Virus record (IMG/VR): IMGVR_UViG_3300045999_010887
Location: 16,655 to 80,654 of that record
Reading direction: 5' to 3' (one strand)
Length of the DNA stretch: 64,000 bases
Source of the DNA: a virus
In this document: positions 9,975-19,536 of the stretch, piece after piece
Position numbering within the stretch: the stretch's first letter is position 1
How the letters are laid out: the number at the start of each line of letters is the position of its first letter
Translations under genes and position numbers: made by a program
Notes under the pieces: generated by a model
Databases searched by the model: none
What the model saw: only the letters and a program-made list of their open reading frames with translations
What the model was told of the DNA's origin: nothing

Positions 9975-10325
9975 TTATTTTGGAGTTATAGAACGAACTA
10001 GCTCTTTTTCGATAGATTGTTTCGATTTAAGTTTTGCTTTTAGGAATTCAGCCGCCTTATGCGTGTTTGTTGTATCCCCACAGGTGTAGAGATCAATAGC
10101 GGCATAGCCCAATTCAGGCCATGTATGGATAGAGGCGTGGGATTCTGCCAGCAATGCTAGTAGCGTCACACCTTGCGGCTGAAATTTTTCACCAAACATG
10201 CGCAGGATTTTTGCGCCTGCCATATTAAGAGACACCTGGAGCAACCGTTCAAGCTCCTCGTAATTATCAAGAAGAGCTTGATCACAGTCATAGAGATCAA
10301 GGATGAGGTGACGCCCGTTGCTCAC
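9975..10325 (-). CDS. speD: S-adenosylmethionine decarboxylase proenzyme
   Basis: GRHLILDLYDC, FQPQGVT, ESHASIHTWPE, DLYTCG. Confidence 0.93.
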   Translation of the reverse strand: MSNGRHLILDLYDCDQALLDNYEELERLLQVSLNMAGAKILRMFGEKFQPQGVTLLALLAESHASIHTWPELGYAAIDLYTCGDTTNTHKAAEFLKAKLKSKQSIEKELVRSITPK

Positions 10326-12952
10326 AGTTCTTGTGCTACCTCTTCCATTGTCGCATCAGATGCTTTGTCAATAATGTCCCCATAGAACGTACGCCATTCT
10401 TCTTTGTTTAGGCCCACTTCCACCAGAGATGGATACTGCTCGTACTTGGGACCGGATGCCCGAAGCGCGATGTTGACGACCCGCATGCCGCGACTGTTCT
10501 TGAATTGATAGACATTCAGCTTGAGCTGATGCACGCATACGTCCATCAAGAGGGATTCAAACCGGCTGCGACCAAGGATGTTGCTGTTTGAACCACGTGA
10601 GAATTCGCAGTAGCTGGCATACAACCACTTGTCCCAGTTGATGTACAGGTTAGAGACGCCACCGGGCGCATGTTTTGCAAGGCCCACAGGAGTGGCAATA
10701 CCTGGATCAAAAACAACACAATGTTGCATCCAATCAAGGATCTGATTGGATTTAAGGATTTGTTCACGGTGATGCTTGGCAAAGAAGTCAACTTTCTCGT
10801 TGGTCTCCATTAGGTATTCACGCATCTCCGACTCGGGCATATCGAGGACCCAGTTCACAAGTCCTGGAAGCAGAGATGCAAATTCTCCGAAGGGACGACC
10901 GTGATCATCCATATCGATCAAGGTTTTTTGTTCGGCTGAACTACCTGTGAATGGTTGATCGAATGGAATGGTGAGACGACGACGAGCTAAACCAGAGGTG
11001 GGGTCGGTGGTCTGGATGGGTTCGTTGGCCGTGATCATGACCAAGCCATTGAATTTAAATGGCTTTTGGCTACCGGCTTGGAACTTGCGTTCATTACGAA
11101 TCAGGTCACGACCTGTAATTGCTTTCAAGACGGAGACCGATCCACCGTAACGCTCCACATCATTGAAGAGCAGCAGCTTTTTCTTATAGAGGTTGGCGGT
11201 TTCAAATCTGTTTTTCTCCAGATGCTCCAGCGAGGAAATCATGGCGTTGTCATCACCAACTAATGCGTGAGCAAGGTTGGAGTACGTGGATTTACCGGAC
11301 TTACCGGGACCAACAATTTCCACAAACTTCTGAATATCTGAGTGACTCAGCAGTACGGCACGCAACCAAGCCCGCAGCACCTGGACTCGCCCCCAACTAT
11401 CACGTTGTGTGGATTTCAACCATTTAATGATGGGTTCACAACTTGCGTAGGGATCGTATTCATACGGCAGTTGTTGGGTGATGTACATCTCCCGGTCAAA
11501 GGGAAGCAGCTCCCTAGTCTCAACCTTCAAGATGCCATTGGTAAAAAGCAGATAATCATTACCTTCATACCAATCATCAAAAATTGTTGAAATCCTCAAT
11601 TGCTCCATTAAGTCGGAGATGAGGTTCATTGAGTAACCACTGTGCAGCAACCCATCTTTAATGGAATCAAGTTGGCCTTTGATATCGCCTTTCACCTCAT
11701 ATTCCGACAGTTGTGACCACAGACCCTTTCTGTGGTATTGATACATGAAGAATGCGCCATGTGATTGGCTGTACCGAAGATTTCCTTGGTAGTTCTGCAG
11801 CAAGATTGCTGCAATGACATCGGAAGATGGATTGCGAGTCTTTTGTTTGGCACCTTCTCCACCGCCATAGTTAGGACTGCTTCGACGACGGTAGACTTTG
11901 GTGTCGCCTTCGACCGTTTCTTTCTTAGGAGCTGGAGCCAATCCCAAGTCTTTTTCCAATTCAGTTAATAGTTCTGCAACATGATCAAGCATGGCGTCAT
12001 CTACATTCATTGCCTTGTGATTTTCTGACGGCTTCCAACCGTTTTCTTTGGCGACGTGAATCAGAGAACCAACGCCACGTCCACCACCTTTCGAGAAGGA
12101 ACGCCACCGCCGATGGCATTCACCCTCCTGATATTTATCCGACTGCCGGGACCATTCATCCCAGTGGTCAAGCAGCGATTCATCTAATGAGTGAAGCGAC
12201 TGACCAACTGTGATCCAGATGTCGTAGTCATCCGTTGCTTCTGGCGGCATACCCCACATGGCTTCCAGCGCCAGTTGCATGTCGCGCTCTAGGTCAATCT
12301 CTGCATTAATGGCAAAAGAAGGACCAACGATGCGTGTAGTTTCTTTGGCGGGAACACCTTGCTTGATGTTCTTTTGAACAATGGCATTCAGCAGCCATTC
12401 TGGAAATTCTGGCAACTCCTGGATCCACTCAAACCCTTGATCTGAAGCCGTGAAGTAGCCTTCAGTCTCAGGATGCAGACCCATGAGAACGCCTTGGTGA
12501 CGTTTCCAAAGGATCTCAAGTTTTTCTTTTGTTCCTTCTGCGTGCCAGGTGTATTTATTTCGTACGAATTGTTTGTGTTGATCTCGCGACAAACGATATA
12601 ACTTCCGTTCGCGGCCTTCTTTGCCACTGAGGATGGTCAGAGTTTGAGGTAGAGCCTCTGCAAAAGGAAGTTCCGAGAGATCTTCAATGAGTTTATAAAC
12701 GGTGGGACCGTCCACATCAACCCAAACCAAACCATAGGGATGGTTGTAGACAGGACCGCCAAGCAAGCCAACTGCTTTACAACGGCCAGCCAGCACCTCA
12801 TTCTCGATTTCCTGAGGACTGTAGGGTTTGTTTTGCCAGCCAGCAATATAGGGGTCCTTATTTGGACCTAGTGGCGTAAGAGGCCAGTCAATGGGGATAT
12901 AGTCGAGCCTGATTTCACCGGGCTTGAGAGCTTGCTGATTTTTATTAGTCAT
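10322..12952 (-). CDS. Primase-helicase (Prim-Pol + PriCT-2 + D5/P4-type SF3 helicase)
   Basis: VWVDVDG; DYDIWITVG...WDEWS..SDKY; Walker A GPGKSGKST; LKAITGRD; RRRLTIPF. Confidence 0.9.
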   Translation of the reverse strand: MTNKNQQALKPGEIRLDYIPIDWPLTPLGPNKDPYIAGWQNKPYSPQEIENEVLAGRCKAVGLLGGPVYNHPYGLVWVDVDGPTVYKLIEDLSELPFAEALPQTLTILSGKEGRERKLYRLSRDQHKQFVRNKYTWHAEGTKEKLEILWKRHQGVLMGLHPETEGYFTASDQGFEWIQELPEFPEWLLNAIVQKNIKQGVPAKETTRIVGPSFAINAEIDLERDMQLALEAMWGMPPEATDDYDIWITVGQSLHSLDESLLDHWDEWSRQSDKYQEGECHRRWRSFSKGGGRGVGSLIHVAKENGWKPSENHKAMNVDDAMLDHVAELLTELEKDLGLAPAPKKETVEGDTKVYRRRSSPNYGGGEGAKQKTRNPSSDVIAAILLQNYQGNLRYSQSHGAFFMYQYHRKGLWSQLSEYEVKGDIKGQLDSIKDGLLHSGYSMNLISDLMEQLRISTIFDDWYEGNDYLLFTNGILKVETRELLPFDREMYITQQLPYEYDPYASCEPIIKWLKSTQRDSWGRVQVLRAWLRAVLLSHSDIQKFVEIVGPGKSGKSTYSNLAHALVGDDNAMISSLEHLEKNRFETANLYKKKLLLFNDVERYGGSVSVLKAITGRDLIRNERKFQAGSQKPFKFNGLVMITANEPIQTTDPTSGLARRRLTIPFDQPFTGSSAEQKTLIDMDDHGRPFGEFASLLPGLVNWVLDMPESEMREYLMETNEKVDFFAKHHREQILKSNQILDWMQHCVVFDPGIATPVGLAKHAPGGVSNLYINWDKWLYASYCEFSRGSNSNILGRSRFESLLMDVCVHQLKLNVYQFKNSRGMRVVNIALRASGPKYEQYPSLVEVGLNKEEWRTFYGDIIDKASDATMEEVAQEL

Positions 12953-13133
12953 TCCCGGTGTGCTGTCGAACTTCTACTTTAAAGTTTTTATCTGCAAAAG
13001 ATGCTTCCTTCAATAAGCAGAAAGCATGAAGATGCATGTCAGTGGGCAGATAAAAACAGTCCCCATCCGCCGCATCTAACATGCGACTCATGAGACTATT
13101 TATCCACTCACCCGTACAGACGTTGATGTCCAT
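12945..13133 (-). CDS. Hypothetical protein
   Basis: 62-aa ORF overlapping the primase start. Confidence 0.5.
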   Translation of the reverse strand: MDINVCTGEWINSLMSRMLDAADGDCFYLPTDMHLHAFCLLKEASFADKNFKVEVRQHTGND

Positions 13134-13207
13134 GGTGAGGGCTTGACTTGAGTGTTTTCTTATCCTACGGCGACCAATCCGGCCACGCCATTACGAGTTT
13201 CTGAAAA

Positions 13208-13375
13208 TCAGTAAGTCTTATGGGACTCATTAATTGGATCGATTATTTCAAATTGTTTCATTAAACGTTCGTAGACCTGCAACACGTCTTCTTTTGTAAC
13301 CACAACCGTTTGGCAGGCTATATCCCAAGCGTGTGTCTTACGGCTTTTCAGTTTACTGTTCAAATCACCGTCCAT
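13208..13375 (-). CDS. Hypothetical protein (55 aa, not in ORF track)
   Basis: MDGDLNSKLKSRKTHAWDIACQTVV... Confidence 0.4.
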   Translation of the reverse strand: MDGDLNSKLKSRKTHAWDIACQTVVVTKEDVLQVYERLMKQFEIIDPINESHKTY

Positions 13376-13438
13376 GACTATTTAAAAATAAAACATAAGT
13401 TACTTTCGATATAATTATCTTATAGAAAATATGTTGTC

Positions 13439-13945
13439 ATGCCAAAGCCTACAGGGCCTGCACCTAAAACCGGAAGCACACCAACACCTACAGCTGGACG
13501 GCCAACAGGAGTGAATCGCCCCACCACTTCACCGCAGCCTGCCCAGCCAAAACAACAAGCAAAACGACCAACAGGCGTAAATCGCCCAACTGCCTCACCT
13601 CAGCCTACTAAACCAACACCAACACCTGGACGGCCAACAGGAGTGAATCGCCCAACTACTTCACCACAACCTGTCAAACCAAAACAACAAAAAGACCCTG
13701 GTGAAGCAAGGAAACGAGCAGAAGAAGTCCAAGGAAAAGTTAAAGCAATTGATGCAAAACGTCAAGAAGCTTATGCAAAGCAACCTTTTAAAAAGGCTGG
13801 TGCTAGCAATGCAAGACCAACTCCCACACCTCCCCAAAGACCTGGGACAAACCCTCCTCCTAGACGGGCTGCCCCCATAGGAACCTCAGTTGCCCCCCGT
13901 GGAATCAGCAATAAAAATACATCTAAAGGAAGAGGAACTAAATAA
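13439..13945 (+). CDS. Basic Pro/Thr-rich low-complexity protein
   Basis: Three RPTGVNRPTxSPQP repeats; TATAAT box upstream. Confidence 0.6.
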   Translation: MPKPTGPAPKTGSTPTPTAGRPTGVNRPTTSPQPAQPKQQAKRPTGVNRPTASPQPTKPTPTPGRPTGVNRPTTSPQPVKPKQQKDPGEARKRAEEVQGKVKAIDAKRQEAYAKQPFKKAGASNARPTPTPPQRPGTNPPPRRAAPIGTSVAPRGISNKNTSKGRGTK

Positions 13946-14792
13946 GATCTGGATCGTAGCTGTTACAGTTTTCTATTTGAGAATAGTATTCGGCTACGAT
14001 TTTAAGCCAGTCTTCTCGTAAAGAATCCAGGAAACGCCTGGAGATTTTAAAAACTTGAGTACGAACAGGCGTCGACACTAGGATTGCCGCCTGTTGTACT
14101 TTCATGCCAAGAGTTTGTTCAATTGCAATATCATACGCAGCAAGTTGTTTGCATGTCTTTTTAAATTTCATATGACCTCCAAGTAGATCACGCCATTCAG
14201 GCGAACCTTTTTCCAGATCTTTAGGCCACTTGCGACTGTAAGGTTTAACGCTGGTTTTTAGATCAGCAAGCGTCAGTTTGTTATTGGCAACAGCAATAAT
14301 ATCAGGAGCACCAGCCCAAGCGCGGCCTTCGTCGTCACAACCCCAGACGCGAGCAACATCGTCAGCGCCGATAGTAAAATCAAATTTATCAAGGACGGGT
14401 GACTCGGCCCAAAGAACCTCCTGGAACTGATCCAGAATTCCTGGCATACCAGCCCAAAAGTCTGCGTATTCTTCTTTGATTTCAGGTGTTTTATTCCCCT
14501 TGAGATATTGTTCCATCCCATAGTGGATTGCTGTACCACGTTCAGCCGCAGCTTCTTTAACACCTGGATTTGCTTTTGACCACATTTCGAGCTTCCGTTT
14601 GTTTGCTTCGGAAGCTGTTTCGCTAATGATTGTAGTTACGGACGGCGCAGGTCCAGTGGGTAACGGAGTTGTGTAGTGACGTTTTCCGTTAAGCGTAATT
14701 CTGGCTGCGGTCCTGTTGATTGACCGCATCATTTCTGGTTGCTCTTCCTTGGCTTTGATCCAAGGATCTGATGTATTCAGTTTAGCAACCAT
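13938..14792 (-). CDS. PD-(D/E)XK exonuclease
   Basis: PSVTTII, RGTAIH, WAGAPD, ADLKTS, QLAAY. Confidence 0.85.
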   Translation of the reverse strand: MVAKLNTSDPWIKAKEEQPEMMRSINRTAARITLNGKRHYTTPLPTGPAPSVTTIISETASEANKRKLEMWSKANPGVKEAAAERGTAIHYGMEQYLKGNKTPEIKEEYADFWAGMPGILDQFQEVLWAESPVLDKFDFTIGADDVARVWGCDDEGRAWAGAPDIIAVANNKLTLADLKTSVKPYSRKWPKDLEKGSPEWRDLLGGHMKFKKTCKQLAAYDIAIEQTLGMKVQQAAILVSTPVRTQVFKISRRFLDSLREDWLKIVAEYYSQIENCNSYDPDLI

Positions 14793-15029
14793 TACAGGTT
14801 TTGTATATTGGCTACAATGTAGCAGATACAAAACTAAGAATGCAGGAATTCAAACTCATTGTCTTGACGATTTTATTGGCTATGCTTGCCACCGCCGTCA
14901 TTGAGCTTGTTCCCCATTGGATCCACTGACAAAAATTAAACTGTCCATACAAGGATGGTGGGGTTGCCTGGGGGCACTCCTTCAAATTATTTGGATTGGT
15001 ATCAAACTAAACTGGGAACTCTTGACAGT

Positions 15030-15212
15030 ATGTCTTGCAACATTACTCGTTTTTATTACTGTGATCCAAGCATTGACATCAAATCTTTTTTAAAACTTGA
15101 ACACTATCGTCGTAATGGCGTTGCCTTTGACGATATTGAAACAGGAGAAGCCAACGCCTTCGAGGAGAAATTGCTCCAAGAAGGCGAGCTTTATTTAAGA
15201 ATAGATCTTTAA
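15030..15212 (+). CDS. Hypothetical protein
   Basis: MSCNITRFYYC... within track ORF 14955-15212. Confidence 0.4.
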   Translation: MSCNITRFYYCDPSIDIKSFLKLEHYRRNGVAFDDIETGEANAFEEKLLQEGELYLRIDL

Positions 15213-16231
15213 ACAGTAGCAAGATCGTATGTAATCATTTCTTTAACCATATCTTCAAAAGAAATACGAGGCTCCCAACCAAGCTCCCAGTGCGCTTTGG
15301 AGCAATCACCTAGGAGAGTATCAACTTCAGCTGGACGGTAAAACTGTGGGCTAATAACAATAACAGTTTTATCCAGTTTGGTGCTGTATCCAATTTCATC
15401 AACGCCTTCTCCACGCCATTCCAAACCAAGATCCAAGTAATCAGCTGCAATTTCACAGAACTGCCGAACACTGTGCTGGATGCCACTTGCAATCACATAA
15501 TCTTTAGCTGCTACTTGTTGCAAGATTCGACGCATGGCATCTACGTAATCCTTGGCATGACCCCAATCACGCCTGGCCTCAAGGTTTCCCAACTCAAGGA
15601 CGGGAAGCTTACCTTTAATAACAGAAACTAGTCCTTTGGTAATTTTCTTAGTAACAAAGTTATCGCCACGGATTGGACTCTCGTGATTAAAAAGGATACC
15701 GTTAGCGCCAAACATGTCGTAACTCTCACGGTAATTAACCGTCAGCCAGTAGCCAAAAAGCTTGGCAACACCATACGGACTTCTGGGATAGAAACAAGTT
15801 TTTTCATTTTGAGGAGACGATTCTGTTTTCCCAAACATCTCAGAGGTTGATGCCTGGTAGAACCGCGGACTTGAGGATCCGGCCCGACATGCCTCAAGAA
15901 CATTCATCACACCAATTGCGTTTGCCGCAGCAGTGCTTACAGGAGATTTAAAGCTGACACCTACATGGCTTTGAGCGGCCAGATTATAAACTTCATCAGG
16001 CGCAAAGTCCTGAATTACCCTGGTTAGAGAAGGGGCATCAGTCAGATCAGAGTATTCAATTTGCACATCACTTGGAATGTCACCACTAAAAACCCATTTC
16101 AGTTTGTCAAGATGGTTGGGTTGCGTGTGGTTTCTGACAACACCACAAACCTTGTAGCCATGGTCGATTAGGTTGCGTGCCAGATACGAACCATCTTGGC
16201 CAGTAATTCCGGTGATCAGTGCGCGTTTCAT
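15209..16231 (-). CDS. gmd: GDP-mannose 4,6-dehydratase
   Basis: MKRALITGITGQDGSYLA, YNLAAQSHV, QASTSE, SPYGVAK, LFNHESP, RDWGHA. Confidence 0.95.
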   Translation of the reverse strand: MKRALITGITGQDGSYLARNLIDHGYKVCGVVRNHTQPNHLDKLKWVFSGDIPSDVQIEYSDLTDAPSLTRVIQDFAPDEVYNLAAQSHVGVSFKSPVSTAAANAIGVMNVLEACRAGSSSPRFYQASTSEMFGKTESSPQNEKTCFYPRSPYGVAKLFGYWLTVNYRESYDMFGANGILFNHESPIRGDNFVTKKITKGLVSVIKGKLPVLELGNLEARRDWGHAKDYVDAMRRILQQVAAKDYVIASGIQHSVRQFCEIAADYLDLGLEWRGEGVDEIGYSTKLDKTVIVISPQFYRPAEVDTLLGDCSKAHWELGWEPRISFEDMVKEMITYDLATV

Positions 16232-16280
16232 TTGCCATATCTGCGTGGTTAAAGTATAACCATTAAAACGACGTTTAGTT

Positions 16281-17456
16281 ATGACGGTGTTTGATTGGCC
16301 GCTCCAAAAAAATACGATTGGCTGGAAGGAGCGCCTGGCGCTAGCAAAGTTTATTTTGACTTCTGACCGTTTTACCAATGGTCCAGAGTGCCGTCAATTT
16401 GAAGATGAATGGAGTGAATGGCAGGGTGCACCGTATTCTTTGTATGTTGCCAACGGTTCCGTCGCCAACTTTTTACTGCTTGACGCAGTACATGAATACT
16501 ATTTCCCCACCAAAAAACAGCTGACCATCTTTGCTCCAGCCATTAATTGGGCCACCAATATCTCAACCTTTTGCCAACAACATCACAATGTTTACTTTTA
16601 TGACATTGATTACGAAACCTACAGCCCCACTCCCGAGTCGGCCCAGCAGCTTTTCTTCAAAGGTTTCCAGCCAGACGTTGTTTACCTGACGCATGTTCTT
16701 GGAATCTCCAATGACATGGAGAGGATCAAAGAGTTGTGGCCCCATGCCGCAATTATCGAGGACTGTTGTGAATCCCATGGTGCCCGCGACGCCAAGACTG
16801 GTGTGAAGGTCGGCAATACGGGCATTGGCTCAACCTTTTCTTTCTACTTCGGACATCACATGACCACCGTGGAGGGTGGCATGATCTGCGTCCAGAATGA
16901 AAAACTGTATAACCTCTTGCGTGCCAAGCGTTCTCACGGCTTATCGCGTGAGATGCTCCCTGCCTACCGAGCAGACATTCAAGAAAAGTATCCGGACGTT
17001 GACCCGACCTTCTTATTCCCCACCAAGGGATACAACTTCCGGAACGTGGAAACCGGAGCAGTCTTGGGTCGAGTCCAACTGAAGAAACTTGACAGCTGGA
17101 ATGAACAGCGCAGCAAAAACTATGCGTTGTTCCGGGAAGAAATGATCGACCGCCCCTGGTTCGACACTCTCCCTAAGGCCGATGGAAACAGTGCCATGAC
17201 ACTGCCATTCCATTGCAAAGATCCAGAGATTGCAGCTGAACTGAAGAAGTTCCTCCAGTTGATTGGCATTGAAACCCGTCCGTTCCTGGTCGGTAACCTC
17301 CTGCGTCAGCCCTTCATGGAGGACTACACCTCTTTAATTGATCTACCGAATAGCGAGCGGATGCACACGCATTCGTTTTATATCGGCAATAACCACTTCA
17401 TCAAAGAAGGTGACATCAAAGAACTCTCGAAGGTACTAGACAAATGCGGGTATTGA
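16281..17456 (+). CDS. PLP-dependent DegT/DnrJ-family enzyme, ColD-like GDP-4-keto-6-deoxymannose 3-dehydratase
   Basis: NGSVAN, EDCCESHGA, SFYFGHHMTTVEGG (His in place of the Schiff-base Lys), GYNFR. Confidence 0.8.
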   Translation: MTVFDWPLQKNTIGWKERLALAKFILTSDRFTNGPECRQFEDEWSEWQGAPYSLYVANGSVANFLLLDAVHEYYFPTKKQLTIFAPAINWATNISTFCQQHHNVYFYDIDYETYSPTPESAQQLFFKGFQPDVVYLTHVLGISNDMERIKELWPHAAIIEDCCESHGARDAKTGVKVGNTGIGSTFSFYFGHHMTTVEGGMICVQNEKLYNLLRAKRSHGLSREMLPAYRADIQEKYPDVDPTFLFPTKGYNFRNVETGAVLGRVQLKKLDSWNEQRSKNYALFREEMIDRPWFDTLPKADGNSAMTLPFHCKDPEIAAELKKFLQLIGIETRPFLVGNLLRQPFMEDYTSLIDLPNSERMHTHSFYIGNNHFIKEGDIKELSKVLDKCGY

Positions 17457-18181
17457 TTTGCAGCATCATTCGCAACAGGGAGCCTTTCTTGTTTGGCTGG
17501 AAGGATCAAATCCTTTGTCTCAAGGACGAGAACCCAAAGATTACGTTTGACCTTTCTGTCTTTGAGAATGATTCAGATGACGGCACTGTCGACTATCTAC
17601 GGATGATTGAACCAGAGCTTAAGTCTGAGCTCAATCAAGTATGGATCCAGTGCGTCAAAAAGGACTGGCCTTATTTTGGTTCGGTGCGCGCAGAAGATCG
17701 AGTCAAGTATTTGGCTGAAGCACGCAACGAATGTCTGGACAAAACAGAGAAAGAAGTTGGTCTCAAGGAGTACGACAAGGTTGTATTTATTGAGCCCGAC
17801 ATTGATTTTGATCCAGAAGAAATCAGTCAACTTTTTTATACAGACGATGATATTGCGTCGCCATACAGCGTGCATCCCCTGGATGTCCAAAGTCATCGCT
17901 GGATTTATGACAGCTGGGCAACTCGTCTTTCCGTAGAGGATGACATCTTCAAAGGCCCTAGGATTTTTGAGATGCCACCCCGCCTTGATGTGGTCTCTAC
18001 GTTTAATTGCTTCTGTGTTTATCGCGGTCAACCCTTTGCAGAAGGCGCACGTTTCTCTGGTATTAACCCATGGACTGATTCATGGGACTGCGATACTACT
18101 AACATCTGTTATGAGTTCAGCATGCGTGGTTACGACCGCATTGGGCTGTACAATATTCTCTTAACACACCTTGGCAATTAA
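17444..18181 (+). CDS. Glycosyltransferase, GT-A-like
   Basis: SIIRN, ENDSDDGT, LAEARN, FIEPD, YDSWA, STFNCFCVY. Confidence 0.7.
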   Translation: MRVLICSIIRNREPFLFGWKDQILCLKDENPKITFDLSVFENDSDDGTVDYLRMIEPELKSELNQVWIQCVKKDWPYFGSVRAEDRVKYLAEARNECLDKTEKEVGLKEYDKVVFIEPDIDFDPEEISQLFYTDDDIASPYSVHPLDVQSHRWIYDSWATRLSVEDDIFKGPRIFEMPPRLDVVSTFNCFCVYRGQPFAEGARFSGINPWTDSWDCDTTNICYEFSMRGYDRIGLYNILLTHLGN

Positions 18182-18224
18182 GGTAAGCCGTACTGTTCAT
18201 TCAAGTTCTCCGTATTGGATTTAA

Positions 18225-18431
18225 ATGGAAAAACTGCCAGACTATATTCAAGCGATAGAAGAGGGTAAATCCCTGGTCGCTAACCACAACAATCTTTTGA
18301 AAAGTTTATTGCTATCAAAGCAGGCCAATGACAACAACCTTTATACTGGCGAAACAACCAACGGAAGCACAGATGTCTCTCTCAGCGCAAGTGAAGGAAT
18401 CAGTGGATCAAGCGATTCACCATCTGCGTGA
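18225..18431 (+). CDS. Hypothetical protein
   Basis: ORF track. Confidence 0.35.
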   Translation: MEKLPDYIQAIEEGKSLVANHNNLLKSLLLSKQANDNNLYTGETTNGSTDVSLSASEGISGSSDSPSA

Positions 18432-18600
18432 TGCCCTTGCGTTTGCCTCAAGGTCAGAACATTCAATGACCATTGGCACACTGTCAGATATTTTGATTCG
18501 TTGCGAAAGTATTGAATCAATGGATGAGATTATGCATCGCTTTGGTTCCAAATCAAAGCAAGGTAACTTAAATACACCACAAGATTTTGACAAAGCCTGA
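18373..18600 (+). CDS. Hypothetical protein
   Basis: MSLSAQVKESVDQA...LRDALAFASRSEH. Confidence 0.55.
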   Translation: MSLSAQVKESVDQAIHHLRDALAFASRSEHSMTIGTLSDILIRCESIESMDEIMHRFGSKSKQGNLNTPQDFDKA

Positions 18601-18746
18601 ACGTCATCGATTAACGGAGGCTGATCGCCTCCAAAAATATTTTTGGGATTTAGAAAAATTAATCCCCAATCCGCCTGCAAACTGGGCGGTGAATGCTAAG
18701 CCGTGTAAGTGGGCTAAAATATTAGAAGAACGTAAAAAGAATCCTG

Positions 18747-19028
18747 ATGTCTCAGGAGAATAAATATACAAAACCAGGATTACGCGAACGGATTAAAGAT
18801 CGCGTGATGGCTGGTTCTCGTGGCGGCCGACCAGGTCAATGGAGTGCTAGGAAGGCGCAGCTTGTTGCACAAGAATACAAGAAAGCAGGCGGTGAATATA
18901 AAGGCGGCAAAGGAGAGAAGCAAAAGTCTTTGGAGAAGTGGGGCAAGGAAAAGTGGATGACAAAAGACGAATACGAGAAGCGCGGCAAAGCTAAAGCTAC
19001 TGCCAAGAAGTACAAGGAGAGTAAGTGA
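18747..19028 (+). CDS. DUF5872-like basic protein, N-terminal half
   Basis: YTKPGLRERIK..GGRPGQWSARKAQL..YKKAGG. Confidence 0.65.
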   Translation: MSQENKYTKPGLRERIKDRVMAGSRGGRPGQWSARKAQLVAQEYKKAGGEYKGGKGEKQKSLEKWGKEKWMTKDEYEKRGKAKATAKKYKESK

Positions 19029-19195
19029 TGCAAATTGCCGGACGTTATATGGATACATCTGGGCCAGGCAATGACCCAAGAGATTTTTTATTAGAAGAAA
19101 ATTTTTGGGCTAGTCAAGCTTTGCCCCAAGGTGTTTCCATAGATCAAGCTATTAAAGATGGTTTATGGCAACAGCTTATTAAGTTTAAAAAATAA
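19028..19195 (+). CDS. Hypothetical protein (55 aa, not in ORF track)
   Basis: MQIAGRYMDT...; TGATG coupling with the upstream ORF. Confidence 0.45.
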   Translation: MQIAGRYMDTSGPGNDPRDFLLEENFWASQALPQGVSIDQAIKDGLWQQLIKFKK

Positions 19196-19197
19196 AC

Positions 19198-19401
19198 ATG
19201 ACAGACAAGGCGATTCAAAAGGGTTACACCAAACGCTACCTTCCACAAAAAGCCTGGGCCTCATTGTCACCAGAAGAACGTGCAGAAACAGACCAAAAGA
19301 AACGCGCTGCCAGTCGTGAAGGTAAACAATTTGTTCCGAACACTAGGAAAGCAAAGTTAGCTGGACGTGCTGCACGGCGTTATCGCAACAGTAAATCATG
19401 A
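19198..19401 (+). CDS. DUF5872-like basic protein, C-terminal half
   Basis: RYLPQKAWASLSPEE..TDQKKR..GKQFVPN. Confidence 0.6.
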   Translation: MTDKAIQKGYTKRYLPQKAWASLSPEERAETDQKKRAASREGKQFVPNTRKAKLAGRAARRYRNSKS

Positions 19402-19410
19402 TATCCTGAC

Positions 19411-19532
19411 AGCGGAGCAATACCGCTCTAGGGGTAATAGTCGAAAACCCCTTCCACGTTACGAACGTGGTGCTTAGCAGCGACTTGAGTGGGAAGGAAG
19501 TTATGATCCCGGTATAACAACCGGGATTTTTT
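19411..19532 (+). ncRNA. Candidate structured small RNA or leader with pseudoknot and terminator
   Basis: Several hairpins; loop AGTCG complementary to downstream CGACT; ends in ATCCCGGT/ACCGGGAT plus T-run. Confidence 0.45.
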
Positions 19533-19536
19533 GTAC

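Noticed and set aside
13938-14792. Cas4 or CRISPR adaptation nuclease
   Set aside because: Lacks the four Fe-S cysteines; ordinary phage PD-(D/E)XK exonuclease.
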